Counted from the stretch's first letter, positions 9,882-18,969 are shown. The stretch: DNA of 64,000 nt from an uncultured virus (IMG/VR IMGVR_UViG_3300020472_000022) (IMGVR_UViG_3300020472_000022); one strand, 5' to 3'. Made by a program: numbers and translations. Notes: generated by a model from the sequence alone, not told the origin.

Positions 9882-10724
9882 TTATCTTGCGATTCTGCCC
9901 TCGGTGATAGCATTGTTAATTTCTTCTTCATACCTATCAAATTCATCCGTAGACATTCTCGCAATCTCCTTTTCTGACCAGATCTTTGCTTCTTTAGGTT
10001 CAACAGCAGTTGTTTTAGTTGAAACCATATCAGCAGCAGATTTAGTCTTTCTAGAAGTTGACCTAGTTTTCTTCTGAGGAACATCTAATCCATTATCACG
10101 CTTATATAAATCTAAAGCTCTACTAGCTAAATCAGCATCACTACTATTCTTATAAATCCAATCCTGAATTGATTGTGGTTGAGATTTTGCCCAACCATGG
10201 AAATCATCACTATTTTTGATATTATCGAAATCTGGATGTTTTTCCATTAATCTTTTTTCTGCATCTCTGTGTATTAATTCAGATTCTCTTTTTTGTAGTG
10301 CAGATAGACGCTCTTCTAAATTTTTTGTCTTCTCTGAACTCTGCATATGAGCAACTGTTTCTACTACTTCGTATACATCAGGATATTCTTTTTTAAACTT
10401 ATCTAAGTCTTCAGTAGATTTTGGAGCTTTATATTGAGGTTTCTCTTTTATTAACTCTGCTTCTCTAGCCTTAAACTCTTCAAGCTTAGAATCGTAATGT
10501 GCTTTTAAATCATCATATCTTTTTTTGTAATTCGATCCTTGTTTGTTAGAAGGTTTCGCTTGCGATACTACTTCTGTTTCAACTTTCTCGTCATTACTAT
10601 CACTAACTTCAGGTTCTTTAAAGAACACATTATCAGCGGATACAAATTGACTTTCTTTAACATTATGCCATGATTTATTAGCATTATATGGATTTGCTTT
10701 TTCTTCTTTCTGTACTTTAGTCAT
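9882..10724 (-). CDS. Capsid scaffolding protein
   Basis: Charged coiled coil, YKKRYDDLK motif, C-terminal AITEGRI, directly before MCP. Confidence 0.75.
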   Translation of the reverse strand: MTKVQKEEKANPYNANKSWHNVKESQFVSADNVFFKEPEVSDSNDEKVETEVVSQAKPSNKQGSNYKKRYDDLKAHYDSKLEEFKAREAELIKEKPQYKAPKSTEDLDKFKKEYPDVYEVVETVAHMQSSEKTKNLEERLSALQKRESELIHRDAEKRLMEKHPDFDNIKNSDDFHGWAKSQPQSIQDWIYKNSSDADLASRALDLYKRDNGLDVPQKKTRSTSRKTKSAADMVSTKTTAVEPKEAKIWSEKEIARMSTDEFDRYEEEINNAITEGRIAR

Positions 10725-10740
10725 CTTCTTTACTCCTACT

Positions 10741-10859
10741 CAGGGCTTTCTTAACAAGGTAGCTGCTATAATTTGCGCGTGTCGCAGGGCTTGTCTTGAC
10801 AAGGTAGCCTTTCGGTTATTTAAAATTGATAGAGGGCTTAATTAAAAGGTAGCTCTATC
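10741..10859 (-). promoter_or_regulatory. Triplicated structured RNA motif in scaffold leader
   Basis: Three copies of G-CUAC-CUU..AAG-CC-CU hairpins, the last just before the AGGAG RBS. Confidence 0.6.
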
Positions 10860-10863
10860 CCTA

Positions 10864-11589
10864 TTACGCAAGTCGTGGATTAGCACTTAACATGGCTTTC
10901 TTAATTTCTTCGTCTTTATCAGACTCCATAATTGGTCTACCATATGTATCTTTCTCTTCTTCGGCTTTTCCACCTTCTTGCATGTTTTGTCTTCCTGCAG
11001 AGTCAGCTTGCATTTCAGCATCTTCCATCATACGCTGTAATCTGTCAGCGCCAATTTGCTGTGCTGCTTTTGCAGTAAAGACAAACTCACCATCCGATAA
11101 CCTTGCGGGTATGGAATCGGAGACTGCTGAACCCGGTCCTTCAACTGGACCAGATCCTGCAAATTCTGAAGCAGTTTCTAGAACTTTGTCAAATATTGTA
11201 CTAAGTTCTGGATTGCTTTCTAATTCTTTCATTAACATTTCTTGTTCATCGTTATTTAGTGACTGAGAAACTACAAAGTCTATGTAGTCATCTTCCATAA
11301 CACTATCTGATTTCATTTCTTTATTATCTTCTGGCATCATTTCTTTTTCAACAACTACAGGTGATACAGAAATAGCTAAACCTTCCATTTGGTCTTTCAT
11401 AGAACCATTTCTTTTTCCAGCTTCACCACCTTCTTGATAAGCATATTTTAGATCCATAACATCTTTCTTAGCTTTACCACCTTTTTGTTTTTTTTGTCTA
11501 AGTAGTACAAAGTCTTGTTCAGATATTTTACCATCCTTATTAGCATCTATTTTTGCTTGACCACCTTTAAGTTTTTGATTTCTTGCCAT
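10864..11589 (-). CDS. Late/virion-associated protein with GPGS..SDSIPARLSDGEFV domain and repeated xxGG motifs
   Basis: Motifs read directly from the translation. Confidence 0.65.
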   Translation of the reverse strand: MARNQKLKGGQAKIDANKDGKISEQDFVLLRQKKQKGGKAKKDVMDLKYAYQEGGEAGKRNGSMKDQMEGLAISVSPVVVEKEMMPEDNKEMKSDSVMEDDYIDFVVSQSLNNDEQEMLMKELESNPELSTIFDKVLETASEFAGSGPVEGPGSAVSDSIPARLSDGEFVFTAKAAQQIGADRLQRMMEDAEMQADSAGRQNMQEGGKAEEEKDTYGRPIMESDKDEEIKKAMLSANPRLA

Positions 11590-11598
11590 ATCTAATTC

Positions 11599-11826
11599 CT
11601 ATAATTCTTCGTTTCTATTAAGAACTTCATTAACCCGCTCCTTCAGCTCCTCTAAGTGTACCAGAGAACTGATCTTCCCCTGCAACCGGTACATTTCCTG
11701 TTCCGATGTTGCCACCGCCAGTTCCTGTAGTGCCAAGTTCTTGCGGTCCTGTAGGTACTCCTTCAGCTTCTCCCATTGGGGATTGTTGACCACCGGGTTG
11801 AGGTTCTTCGCCTGTAGTTTGAGCAT
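11599..11826 (-). CDS. Small helical protein overlapping the portal 3' end
   Basis: W..LKEYL..R and MYRLQG pattern typical of small post-portal genes; true start uncertain. Confidence 0.55.
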   Translation of the reverse strand: MLKLQAKNLNPVVNNPQWEKLKEYLQDRKNLALQELAVATSEQEMYRLQGKISSLVHLEELKERVNEVLNRNEEL

Positions 11827-13828
11827 TTTGCATTCCTATTATTTGAGCCATAATAGCTGCTTCTTCAGGATCATTCAAAATCTCATCAGGATCTAAATCT
11901 AAGCTATAGGCTAGTTCACTTATTAATTTAGAAATTTTAACAAAAGGAGCAATAGCTGGACTTTGTGCAGTTTGTAAGAACATAGTCAATCTTTGACTTC
12001 GTACTTCTTTCTGCATTAAGCTATTTGTTCCAGATGCTTTAATTTCTAAATCACCTTTGACATCCATATCACCTTCAAAGAACTGCATGTTCCATTGAAA
12101 GTATGACTCCCCTAATGGCTTTAATAAAAAGTCATCAAGATTCTTGACAACTGTTTTAATATTTAAACTTGCAGCACCTAGTAACATTGACATACCTGAT
12201 GCTGTTCTTGTCATACTCTGAACTCCTGTTTGTCCATGAGAATAACTTGGAATACCTGTTTGCTCATCTGCAAGTTGTCTAAACCTATCAAACATCATCA
12301 TGTTCTCAGGAGCAGTATTTGGAAACTTCAAACCATTTATAGCTGTTCCGGGATTTCCAGTTTGTCTTCTGAATATCTTACCCGGATATATTTCCATAGA
12401 TTGACCGCCAACTAAAGCAGTTTCATCTACATCAAATACTAACGAACCAGCTAGTGCTAAGTTATCAATAGCCATTCTTGCGTGACCATTCATGACTTGT
12501 TGTGAGTCATTCATGTTTTCTGCAACACCTATACCAAAGAAATTATAGGGATTCCTTTCGTATGGGAATGCATGATAAGGTATCCTATAAGGTGTAAAAG
12601 GATTAATTACTGCTCGTAGTATTTTATTACCACATACCCAAGCATTAACTTGTACCTCATCCAAATCATCTACTTCTTCGCCTAACTCAATGCCAACTTC
12701 TCTAGCATATTCTGCATCCATGATTCCCCAATATTCAAGGACTTCAAAGTTATTATTAGCGTAATCTTCACCGCTATAATCATCTACTAGTTGAGATTCA
12801 AAATCTTTTTCAACATAGTTAGGACCATCTTGTATAGCTTCTCTTATCTTTTCTTCATCAAAGTAAGGCATGTTTCTAAGTTGCCTTAATTGACTTCTAT
12901 TTAGTTTGTGCCTATGAATAACATATTCACACTCTTCAATAGCTGTAGCTGATGGGTCTGGATAAAAATCCCAACAACTAACAAACTCTATTCTAGGTAC
13001 TCTAACTTCTAAAGGCTTATAAGTTCTCTCACCTTCTTCATTGTCTTCCCATTTATGTAACTTTTTATTAAAGTTAAAAGGTCCTTTAACAATTCCTGTT
13101 CCTAATAAAGCTGATTCTAATAAAGCATTTCTAATTTCAGAAGATCCGTTAGACTCTTCAATTTGATCATGGATTAACTTTTCCATTCTTCTTGCAGCTC
13201 TTTGTGCTGGATTTATTTCTGTTGTTTGTGGATTAGGATCAGATCCTTGAACTAACATATCCTCAACTTCATCTTCTAGTGTTTCTTCAAATATTCCTTT
13301 ACTAAAAGTTGCACCAGCTTTTAAAGTTCTACCATCACCTTCATAACCAATATCATAAGGATTACCTTGTGGTTCATCTTCCATTCTATTACCAATATTA
13401 TCTGGTATAGAAGTTTCTATTTCAGGAGAAGGATTTTCAATATCTAAATGGGCTTGTCCTAACTCACCTTCTGGTACTTTAGTTTCTGTAACTCCAATAG
13501 GAAACTTTCCAGTTCCAAAGATTACATCAACTAACTGACCAAAAGCAGCAAGTACTTTTGTTTTAGTAACTTTAATAAATACTCTAGACTTTTCAGATGA
13601 TCTAAACTTTACCCCTTTACTATAAAGACCTCTATAGTTTTCATAAGAAGAAAGCCATCTTTTTTCATCTAAATCTTTTTTATCTTCTGCGGCAGCAAAA
13701 CGAGATTTAATCAAACCTACAAAATTAGATATTTGAGAAAATTCTAAATTTAAAGTTTTACCTGTTTCACCTTCAACATCTTCGTAGATATTGTCAGCAC
13801 TTAAAAAAGTATTGTCTTGTTCAGCCAT
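11630..13828 (-). CDS. Portal protein (phage A)
   Basis: 732 aa; WDFYPDP, GIGVAE and RTASGMSML motifs; position between TerL and scaffold. Confidence 0.85.
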   Translation of the reverse strand: MAEQDNTFLSADNIYEDVEGETGKTLNLEFSQISNFVGLIKSRFAAAEDKKDLDEKRWLSSYENYRGLYSKGVKFRSSEKSRVFIKVTKTKVLAAFGQLVDVIFGTGKFPIGVTETKVPEGELGQAHLDIENPSPEIETSIPDNIGNRMEDEPQGNPYDIGYEGDGRTLKAGATFSKGIFEETLEDEVEDMLVQGSDPNPQTTEINPAQRAARRMEKLIHDQIEESNGSSEIRNALLESALLGTGIVKGPFNFNKKLHKWEDNEEGERTYKPLEVRVPRIEFVSCWDFYPDPSATAIEECEYVIHRHKLNRSQLRQLRNMPYFDEEKIREAIQDGPNYVEKDFESQLVDDYSGEDYANNNFEVLEYWGIMDAEYAREVGIELGEEVDDLDEVQVNAWVCGNKILRAVINPFTPYRIPYHAFPYERNPYNFFGIGVAENMNDSQQVMNGHARMAIDNLALAGSLVFDVDETALVGGQSMEIYPGKIFRRQTGNPGTAINGLKFPNTAPENMMMFDRFRQLADEQTGIPSYSHGQTGVQSMTRTASGMSMLLGAASLNIKTVVKNLDDFLLKPLGESYFQWNMQFFEGDMDVKGDLEIKASGTNSLMQKEVRSQRLTMFLQTAQSPAIAPFVKISKLISELAYSLDLDPDEILNDPEEAAIMAQIIGMQNAQTTGEEPQPGGQQSPMGEAEGVPTGPQELGTTGTGGGNIGTGNVPVAGEDQFSGTLRGAEGAG

Positions 13829-13863
13829 TATAACTCCTTATATCTGAAACTTGTACAGAGGAA

Positions 13864-14388
13864 TTAATATTCTACGCCAAGTACTAGCTCTATATCTCCA
13901 ACTGAAAAATCAGGCGTTACATCTGTTCCTGAAATAAATGCAAAACAAAAAACACTTGTAGTTCCTGAAGCCGCTTGTAATAAAACAGGGAATCTTGCTT
14001 TAGCTATATGATCTCCATCAGTTGATCCAGCACTTTCTAAATTATTATCAAACCTAAAGACTCTACCTCCACCATAATTATAATCATCGGCAGATCCATC
14101 TAGTGTTAAACTTCCCATTACTTTTGCAGTAGCAAAATCAGCATCAGATACATTTCTTTCAGCATTTACAGTACCTACAGATTGATTCACTTGACAAAAG
14201 AATATTTCTGCATCAAATACAGAATTAGATTTAGAAATAATCATAGCAGATACAAGCTTAGAACATTCTCCCTTTTTACCTACTGCTAAAGGTATTTCTG
14301 TTGTATCGAATAATATATCATTATTAGCATAAGTAACTCCTGTAATAGTAGGTGTTACTCTAATGACTCGTCTAGCATGTTGATTCAT
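13864..14388 (-). CDS. Hypothetical protein (possibly structural)
   Basis: 174-aa ORF with AGGAG RBS. Confidence 0.6.
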   Translation of the reverse strand: MNQHARRVIRVTPTITGVTYANNDILFDTTEIPLAVGKKGECSKLVSAMIISKSNSVFDAEIFFCQVNQSVGTVNAERNVSDADFATAKVMGSLTLDGSADDYNYGGGRVFRFDNNLESAGSTDGDHIAKARFPVLLQAASGTTSVFCFAFISGTDVTPDFSVGDIELVLGVEY

Positions 14389-14402
14389 TTCTGTATTTCT
14401 CC

Positions 14403-16085
14403 TTAATATCCAAAAGTTTTATCCGAAGGATTAAACATTTCTGTTTTAAGTTGTCTCATCCTTTGAAAAGTATTCATTAATCGTGGTCTACTCATAATTA
14501 AATATCGTAGAGCATCATAAGCATGATCTGCTGCATGAGTATCTACATCTTCTGGATTAGTTTTAGATAACGGAATACTTTGCAATTCTTTTATTAAATT
14601 AGGGCAACTATTAAATATTTGTAATTTAGGTCTACCTGCATCTGTAGTTTTTAAATATTCGTGTATTTGAATTTTTCCTTGTATTCTATTTTTATCTGCT
14701 CGTCTTAACTTATGTCCAGCCTTTATTAATGATTCTCCTACAGTTGGACCAGTTGTTCCTGTTCTTGCCCAAGCTGCAGTATCTAATACACCACTAACAG
14801 AAAATGGATCTTCCATTTCCATATCTGATATTATACCACCTAATTCCTCTCCTGTCAAGCCTTTTCGGTATAATTCTCGATAAATTATTAAAGTATGGTC
14901 GTTAATGTCTATTATTCCCCATAAACAACAGGATTCTGCAGCGTAGCCATAGTCTACAGCCTTGACTCTTTCCCAATGTAAAGGTAGCTCAAAAGGAGTA
15001 ATAACATGCATACTTGGATCAAACTCAGTAAAAGCCGCACCTTCCGCAACATCCCAGTTTCCTTCAAGTAGTTGTTTTCGTTGAGTAGGAGGAAGAGATG
15101 CAAGCATTTTTTCATAAACGCCATCCTCAGAAAGATAAGGATTATCCGCTAATTTCGCAGGAATAAATTTACGGGTTAATCCATCTGTACCTTCAAAACT
15201 TTGATTAGGTTCATGTGCATCTACATATCTTTTCTTAACCCATTGAGAACCAACACCTCCGGGATTAGCTGTACATCGTAGGTAAGTTTCAATGCTTGAA
15301 TCAGTTGTGCGCAAACGAGAAGCTAAATAGTTCCATGCAAATTCAGTAGGTAGGTGAGTTATTTCATCAAACCCTATCCAGCTATATGCTTGTCCTTGAT
15401 AACGATAAACATCTGCATCTCTTTCAAGGAAACCAAACTCTACCTTTGCACCACTTGGAAAGTTCCAAAGTTTTTCTACTTCTCTAAACTTAGCACCGGG
15501 AAAAGCTTGTGGATATAGTTCTCTTGATTTATCTATTAGTTCTCGTAGTTCGGGCATAGATCGTCTAAGAATTAAAGCCCTGTGATTTTTCTTATGGGCA
15601 TATCTTAAAGGATCAACAAGCATGGCATAAGATTTACCTCCACCTGCAGCACCACCATAGAGAACATCTTTCTCTGCAGCAGCTAAAAATTCTGTTTGAG
15701 GTCCATCATTAGGATGAAACAATACATCAGAAGAATTTAATTTTTCTCTGATTGTATCTGGTAATTCATCTATTGCATCTTGTGTTAAAACTTGATCTTC
15801 ATCATTGTCAAGTTTTCCAAGTGTTTCTTTTTGTTTCTTGTAAGATTTACGAGAGTTGTTAAGTTTCTCTTCTAGTTTTTTTATATTCTTTTCTTTACGA
15901 AGAATACTTTTCTTAGCAGAAACTTTAGCTTTTTGTTCATCAGAATAAGATAGCTCATTTACTGAACCTTTAGGTCTACCACCTTTTTTTCTTGGAGTAC
16001 CATCCTTTTTTAAAATAAAGTTTCCTACTTTATCTTGCAAGTAAAGATGTGGGTTCGTCTCCCAATCGTATGTCTGATTTGCCAT
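14403..16085 (-). CDS. terL: Terminase large subunit (phage A)
   Basis: Walker A YGGAAGGGKS, Walker B IGFDE, nuclease DYG and DHAYDALRY; basic N-terminal extension (TPRKKGGRPKGS). Confidence 0.92.
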   Translation of the reverse strand: MANQTYDWETNPHLYLQDKVGNFILKKDGTPRKKGGRPKGSVNELSYSDEQKAKVSAKKSILRKEKNIKKLEEKLNNSRKSYKKQKETLGKLDNDEDQVLTQDAIDELPDTIREKLNSSDVLFHPNDGPQTEFLAAAEKDVLYGGAAGGGKSYAMLVDPLRYAHKKNHRALILRRSMPELRELIDKSRELYPQAFPGAKFREVEKLWNFPSGAKVEFGFLERDADVYRYQGQAYSWIGFDEITHLPTEFAWNYLASRLRTTDSSIETYLRCTANPGGVGSQWVKKRYVDAHEPNQSFEGTDGLTRKFIPAKLADNPYLSEDGVYEKMLASLPPTQRKQLLEGNWDVAEGAAFTEFDPSMHVITPFELPLHWERVKAVDYGYAAESCCLWGIIDINDHTLIIYRELYRKGLTGEELGGIISDMEMEDPFSVSGVLDTAAWARTGTTGPTVGESLIKAGHKLRRADKNRIQGKIQIHEYLKTTDAGRPKLQIFNSCPNLIKELQSIPLSKTNPEDVDTHAADHAYDALRYLIMSRPRLMNTFQRMRQLKTEMFNPSDKTFGY

Positions 16086-16323
16086 GCTTTGTATCTATAT
16101 GTTTTTTTAATCCAGCTTTAGTTAAGCTCCTACCTGTTTTATATTCTAACCAATCACATCCTTCTTGTAATGATGCTTCTTTATTTTTAATCATAGAAAC
16201 AACTAATGATAGATTATCAATCTGATCATCAACAGGTTGTAAGTATCCCTCTATATCTGATAGCTCATAACCAAAAGGAATAGTTGATGTAACTCTTTTA
16301 ATATAACTATCAGGAACTACCAT
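16030..16323 (-). CDS. Small protein with PFGY motif (possible DNA-binding)
   Basis: IPFGYEL...LEYKTGRSLTKAGLKK. Confidence 0.55.
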   Translation of the reverse strand: MVVPDSYIKRVTSTIPFGYELSDIEGYLQPVDDQIDNLSLVVSMIKNKEASLQEGCDWLEYKTGRSLTKAGLKKHIDTKHGKSDIRLGDEPTSLLAR

Positions 16324-16607
16324 TTTACTTTGTCAGCCCAAAAAGCTGCTGACATTTTACCCTTTGCTATATTCTTACCATGTCTAGCTTTGAAAGATTT
16401 CCTTCTAGCTTTCTGCCTAGCTGACTCACCTGCTTTAGGCTTACCAGCAGTCTTAACACCTTGTTGACCAAAACGAATAGTCTTAACTTTATCACCCTCT
16501 TTAGCCACAACAACATGCGACTTCTTAGGATGATTAGGTGTTCTCTTAGGTTTATTAAATCCAGAGACTCCAGCTCGTTTGAGTCTAGGATCTCTTTCAC
16601 TAGCCAT
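16317..16607 (-). CDS. Small highly basic phage protein
   Basis: KSHVV..IRFGQQG..ARRKSFKARH..KMSAAFW; homologue at 60260-60559. Confidence 0.8.
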   Translation of the reverse strand: MASERDPRLKRAGVSGFNKPKRTPNHPKKSHVVVAKEGDKVKTIRFGQQGVKTAGKPKAGESARQKARRKSFKARHGKNIAKGKMSAAFWADKVKW

Positions 16608-16609
16608 TT

Positions 16610-16795
16610 TTAATTAGCAGATGCTTTCGGCATTTCACCAGCACCATAAGAAGGTTGAGCGCTTCCACCCATTGCCATCTTCTTTCTTTTGGCTGAATCC
16701 ATACCCATCTTACTATCGCCACCATGCATCATGTTCTTTCTTTTCATTCCAGAACCTCCATACATCATGCCTTTTCTTTTATCATTATTCATCAT
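16610..16795 (-). CDS. Small Met/Lys/Gly-rich protein with three MxxGG repeats
   Basis: AAGGAG RBS before ATG at 16795; RKGMMYGG, RKNMMHGG, RKKMAMGG. Confidence 0.7.
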   Translation of the reverse strand: MMNNDKRKGMMYGGSGMKRKNMMHGGDSKMGMDSAKRKKMAMGGSAQPSYGAGEMPKASAN

Positions 16796-16811
16796 TGTAC
16801 TTATCTCCTTG

Positions 16812-16958
16812 TTAAAAAAAATACCCAACTAAAAGAGTCAATATAACACCCTCTAGAAAGGCAAACCATAATAAAGTGTAATTGTTCCATCCTGTAAGGT
16901 TTTTAAACCACTTTATTGAGCTTCTATGCCATTCAATAAATTTTTTTAATTTACGCAT
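16812..16958 (-). CDS. Small membrane protein, 48 aa
   Basis: MRKLKKFIEWH...LLWFAFLEGVILTLLVGYFF. Confidence 0.55.
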   Translation of the reverse strand: MRKLKKFIEWHRSSIKWFKNLTGWNNYTLLWFAFLEGVILTLLVGYFF

Positions 16959-16961
16959 AGA

Positions 16962-17141
16962 TTAGCCTTTATCTTTTGCTTTACCTATGTTTAGTGCAAA
17001 AGTATCTAAAATTTTATATAGCTTTCCGATTAACTCATCATCTTTAGGTGTTGGAGTCATTGAACAAATCAATGCTGCTCCTGATATAACCCAAGGTGCT
17101 ATTTTAAAAATTGCTATTAATATATTAATTAATTCTAACAT
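16962..17141 (-). CDS. Small membrane protein, 59 aa (TPTPKDD motif)
   Basis: MLELINILIAIFKIAPWVISGAALICSMTPTPKDDELIGKLYKILDTFALNIGKAKDKG. Confidence 0.65.
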   Translation of the reverse strand: MLELINILIAIFKIAPWVISGAALICSMTPTPKDDELIGKLYKILDTFALNIGKAKDKG

Positions 17142-17153
17142 TTGTATTTTCCC

Positions 17154-17402
17154 CTATCTTTGTTTTCTATATCTTCTAGTGGCAGCAGCAATCTTCTTAG
17201 GTTGTTTTGAATGTTGCTTACCTCTAGCCTTATCTTTTCTTTTCTTTGCTGTCGTTGCAGCATACTCTTTAGCTGATAAAGCCTTTATAGCTTTTTCTGG
17301 AAGATATCTTTCTCCAGTCTCAGAAGACTTCTTACCACTTTTGGTTCTCCACTTCTGTTTGGTCCAGCTCTTTAGACTCTTCTGACTTTTCTTTAAAACC
17401 AT
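17154..17402 (-). CDS. Small basic protein (DUF5872-like C-terminal half)
   Basis: SQKSLKSWTKQKWRT..GERYLP motif; family recognised from memory. Confidence 0.65.
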   Translation of the reverse strand: MVLKKSQKSLKSWTKQKWRTKSGKKSSETGERYLPEKAIKALSAKEYAATTAKKRKDKARGKQHSKQPKKIAAATRRYRKQR

Positions 17403-17554
17403 TACTTCGTAGCTTTATGAACTTTCTGGACTTCAAAGTTTGCACTAAGACTAGCGCCCTTATGAGCTTTAAAAGTTCCTGTGTGTTTCATAAGTTTAAA
17501 TGAACCATTTTTCTGTTTCATCCAATGAAATCCTTTAGGTGCTTTTACTTTCAT
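17402..17554 (-). CDS. Small basic protein, 50 aa
   Basis: MKVKAPKGFHWMKQKNGSFKLMKHTGTFKAHKGASLSANFEVQKVHKATK; AGGAG RBS. Confidence 0.65.
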   Translation of the reverse strand: MKVKAPKGFHWMKQKNGSFKLMKHTGTFKAHKGASLSANFEVQKVHKATK

Positions 17555-17649
17555 TTATAAATTACTCCTGCAATAAAAATAATAGAAAGTATTATATATA
17601 CAAATAAAATACCTCTATCTATCTTTTTTGCTTGTTTATCAAAATCCAT
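17551..17649 (-). CDS. Small single-TM protein, 32 aa
   Basis: MDFDKQAKKIDRGILFVYIILSIIFIAGVIYK; ATGA overlap with the next gene. Confidence 0.45.
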   Translation of the reverse strand: MDFDKQAKKIDRGILFVYIILSIIFIAGVIYK

Positions 17650-17651
17650 GG

Positions 17652-17834
17652 CTATTTATAGCCTCCACCAGCTTTCTTATATTCTCTTGCCAACATCTGA
17701 GCTTTACGACCTGACCATTGACCAGCATTGCCACCTTTAGTTCCAGCTTTTATTTTATTAAAAAGCCTTTTACGCATTGTAGGCTTTGTATAGTTTCCAG
17801 CTTTATTGACTGTACTCTTCCGTTTTTTCTTCAT
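17652..17834 (-). CDS. Small basic protein (DUF5872-like N-terminal half)
   Basis: YTKPTMRKRL..IKAGTKGGNAGQWSGRKAQMLAREYKKAGGGY. Confidence 0.65.
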   Translation of the reverse strand: MKKKRKSTVNKAGNYTKPTMRKRLFNKIKAGTKGGNAGQWSGRKAQMLAREYKKAGGGYK

Positions 17835-18231
17835 AATCCGTTATATCTATAGTTTGTTTTTCTGGTAAAATAAAGATACCACCTTTTACATTATGATCTA
17901 CCTGAACTCTATCTGTTTTAGCTACACCTACTCTATCTAATATAGTTTGGGCTGCGCTTAACTTATTCGTTGCTTGAGGAACAGGTCTTTCGGAAGACAT
18001 GATTTCAATCAGCTTAAACGCTGCTTGTGGCGCGGAACGAGCGAGTACATCGGAGGCTAAATCCACCACTTCTTCTCTAAGGCTTTTTAAAACTTGATAG
18101 TGATTGCCTGAGTATCCTGCTAGTTCTGCAGCTTTTTTGAAATCACCTTGCGTTGTTACAAGGTTGTCTAGGAAAGACTGTTGTTTCTCTGTTAATTTTC
18201 TATTGTCTTTCTTTTCAGGTAAATAGTTCAT
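17803..18231 (-). CDS. Probable terminase small subunit
   Basis: LTEKQQSFL..AAELAGYS HTH, AAQTILDR, C-terminal IFILPEK; first gene of the late cluster. Confidence 0.65.
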   Translation of the reverse strand: MNYLPEKKDNRKLTEKQQSFLDNLVTTQGDFKKAAELAGYSGNHYQVLKSLREEVVDLASDVLARSAPQAAFKLIEIMSSERPVPQATNKLSAAQTILDRVGVAKTDRVQVDHNVKGGIFILPEKQTIDITDYEEKTEEYSQ

Positions 18232-18258
18232 AATATTATTTTACTATTAATAACCTCC

Positions 18259-18287
18259 ATTATACTGTTTTTTACTCATCTTGTCAA
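18259..18287 (-). promoter_or_regulatory. Consensus sigma70 promoter for the late/packaging cluster
   Basis: TTGACA-17-TATAAT on the minus strand, followed by GGAGG. Confidence 0.75.
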
Positions 18288-18356
18288 GTATTTTCACATA
18301 TTACTTTTAGTTATATAGATATAATTAATAATCATAGATATATTTTCATAGTAGAC

Positions 18357-18385
18357 TTGACAAATGGCTTTAAAATTTGTATAAT
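18357..18385 (+). promoter_or_regulatory. Consensus sigma70 promoter (rightward)
   Basis: TTGACA-17-TATAAT. Confidence 0.75.
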
Positions 18386-18542
18386 AGAATTGTAACTCCG
18401 TTACTATATCTAACATCACCCCTCCAATAATGATAATAGATTATCTTCTATCTATTATAACTCTATAGAATATCATATTCAATATTTATATAAATCTTAT
18501 AGCGCTTTTTAAAGTGTAGGGGCGACTAGTATACACCTCAAA

Positions 18543-18914
18543 ACTTTGTAAAATGTATGAGATTTAGATATATATATAGGTACCACCCCTGTACATCCTG
18601 CACCCCCTACTTTACAAAGTTTTCCAAGCCCTCTCAATACTTTATAGCACTTTGTAAAGTTTATCAATCTCCTTACCTCATTTTATAAAACTTTACAAAG
18701 TTTGTCAAGTATTATTTAGTTGTATTTTACCAACACTAGTAAACGAGATTTGTAAAATCTTTTAAAGTTTGTAAAGTATATCTTTATTCCTAAAAGTTAT
18801 ATTAAAAACTTTACAAAGTCTTTACAATATTTCAAAAGCATGGTAGGCTATTACCATATACTAAAAGATTATATAGTATATAACAAAAAGATATATTGAA
18901 ATACTTTACAAAGT
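18543..18914. repeat. Array of interrupted palindromes ACTTT(AC/GT)AAAGT at the probable genome end
   Basis: Perfect copies at 18609, 18649, 18690, 18808, 18903; one-mismatch copies at 18543 and 18766. Confidence 0.85.
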
Positions 18915-18969
18915 TTTTAAAATATGTTTCAATAGTTACATCATTAATCTAACTGGAGGGCTAGAAAAA

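Noticed and set aside
18543..18914. CRISPR array
   Set aside because: Repeats are only 12 bp, irregularly spaced and in both orientations, with no cas operon. The Cas4-like gene at 28880 sits in the replication module as a phage exonuclease.
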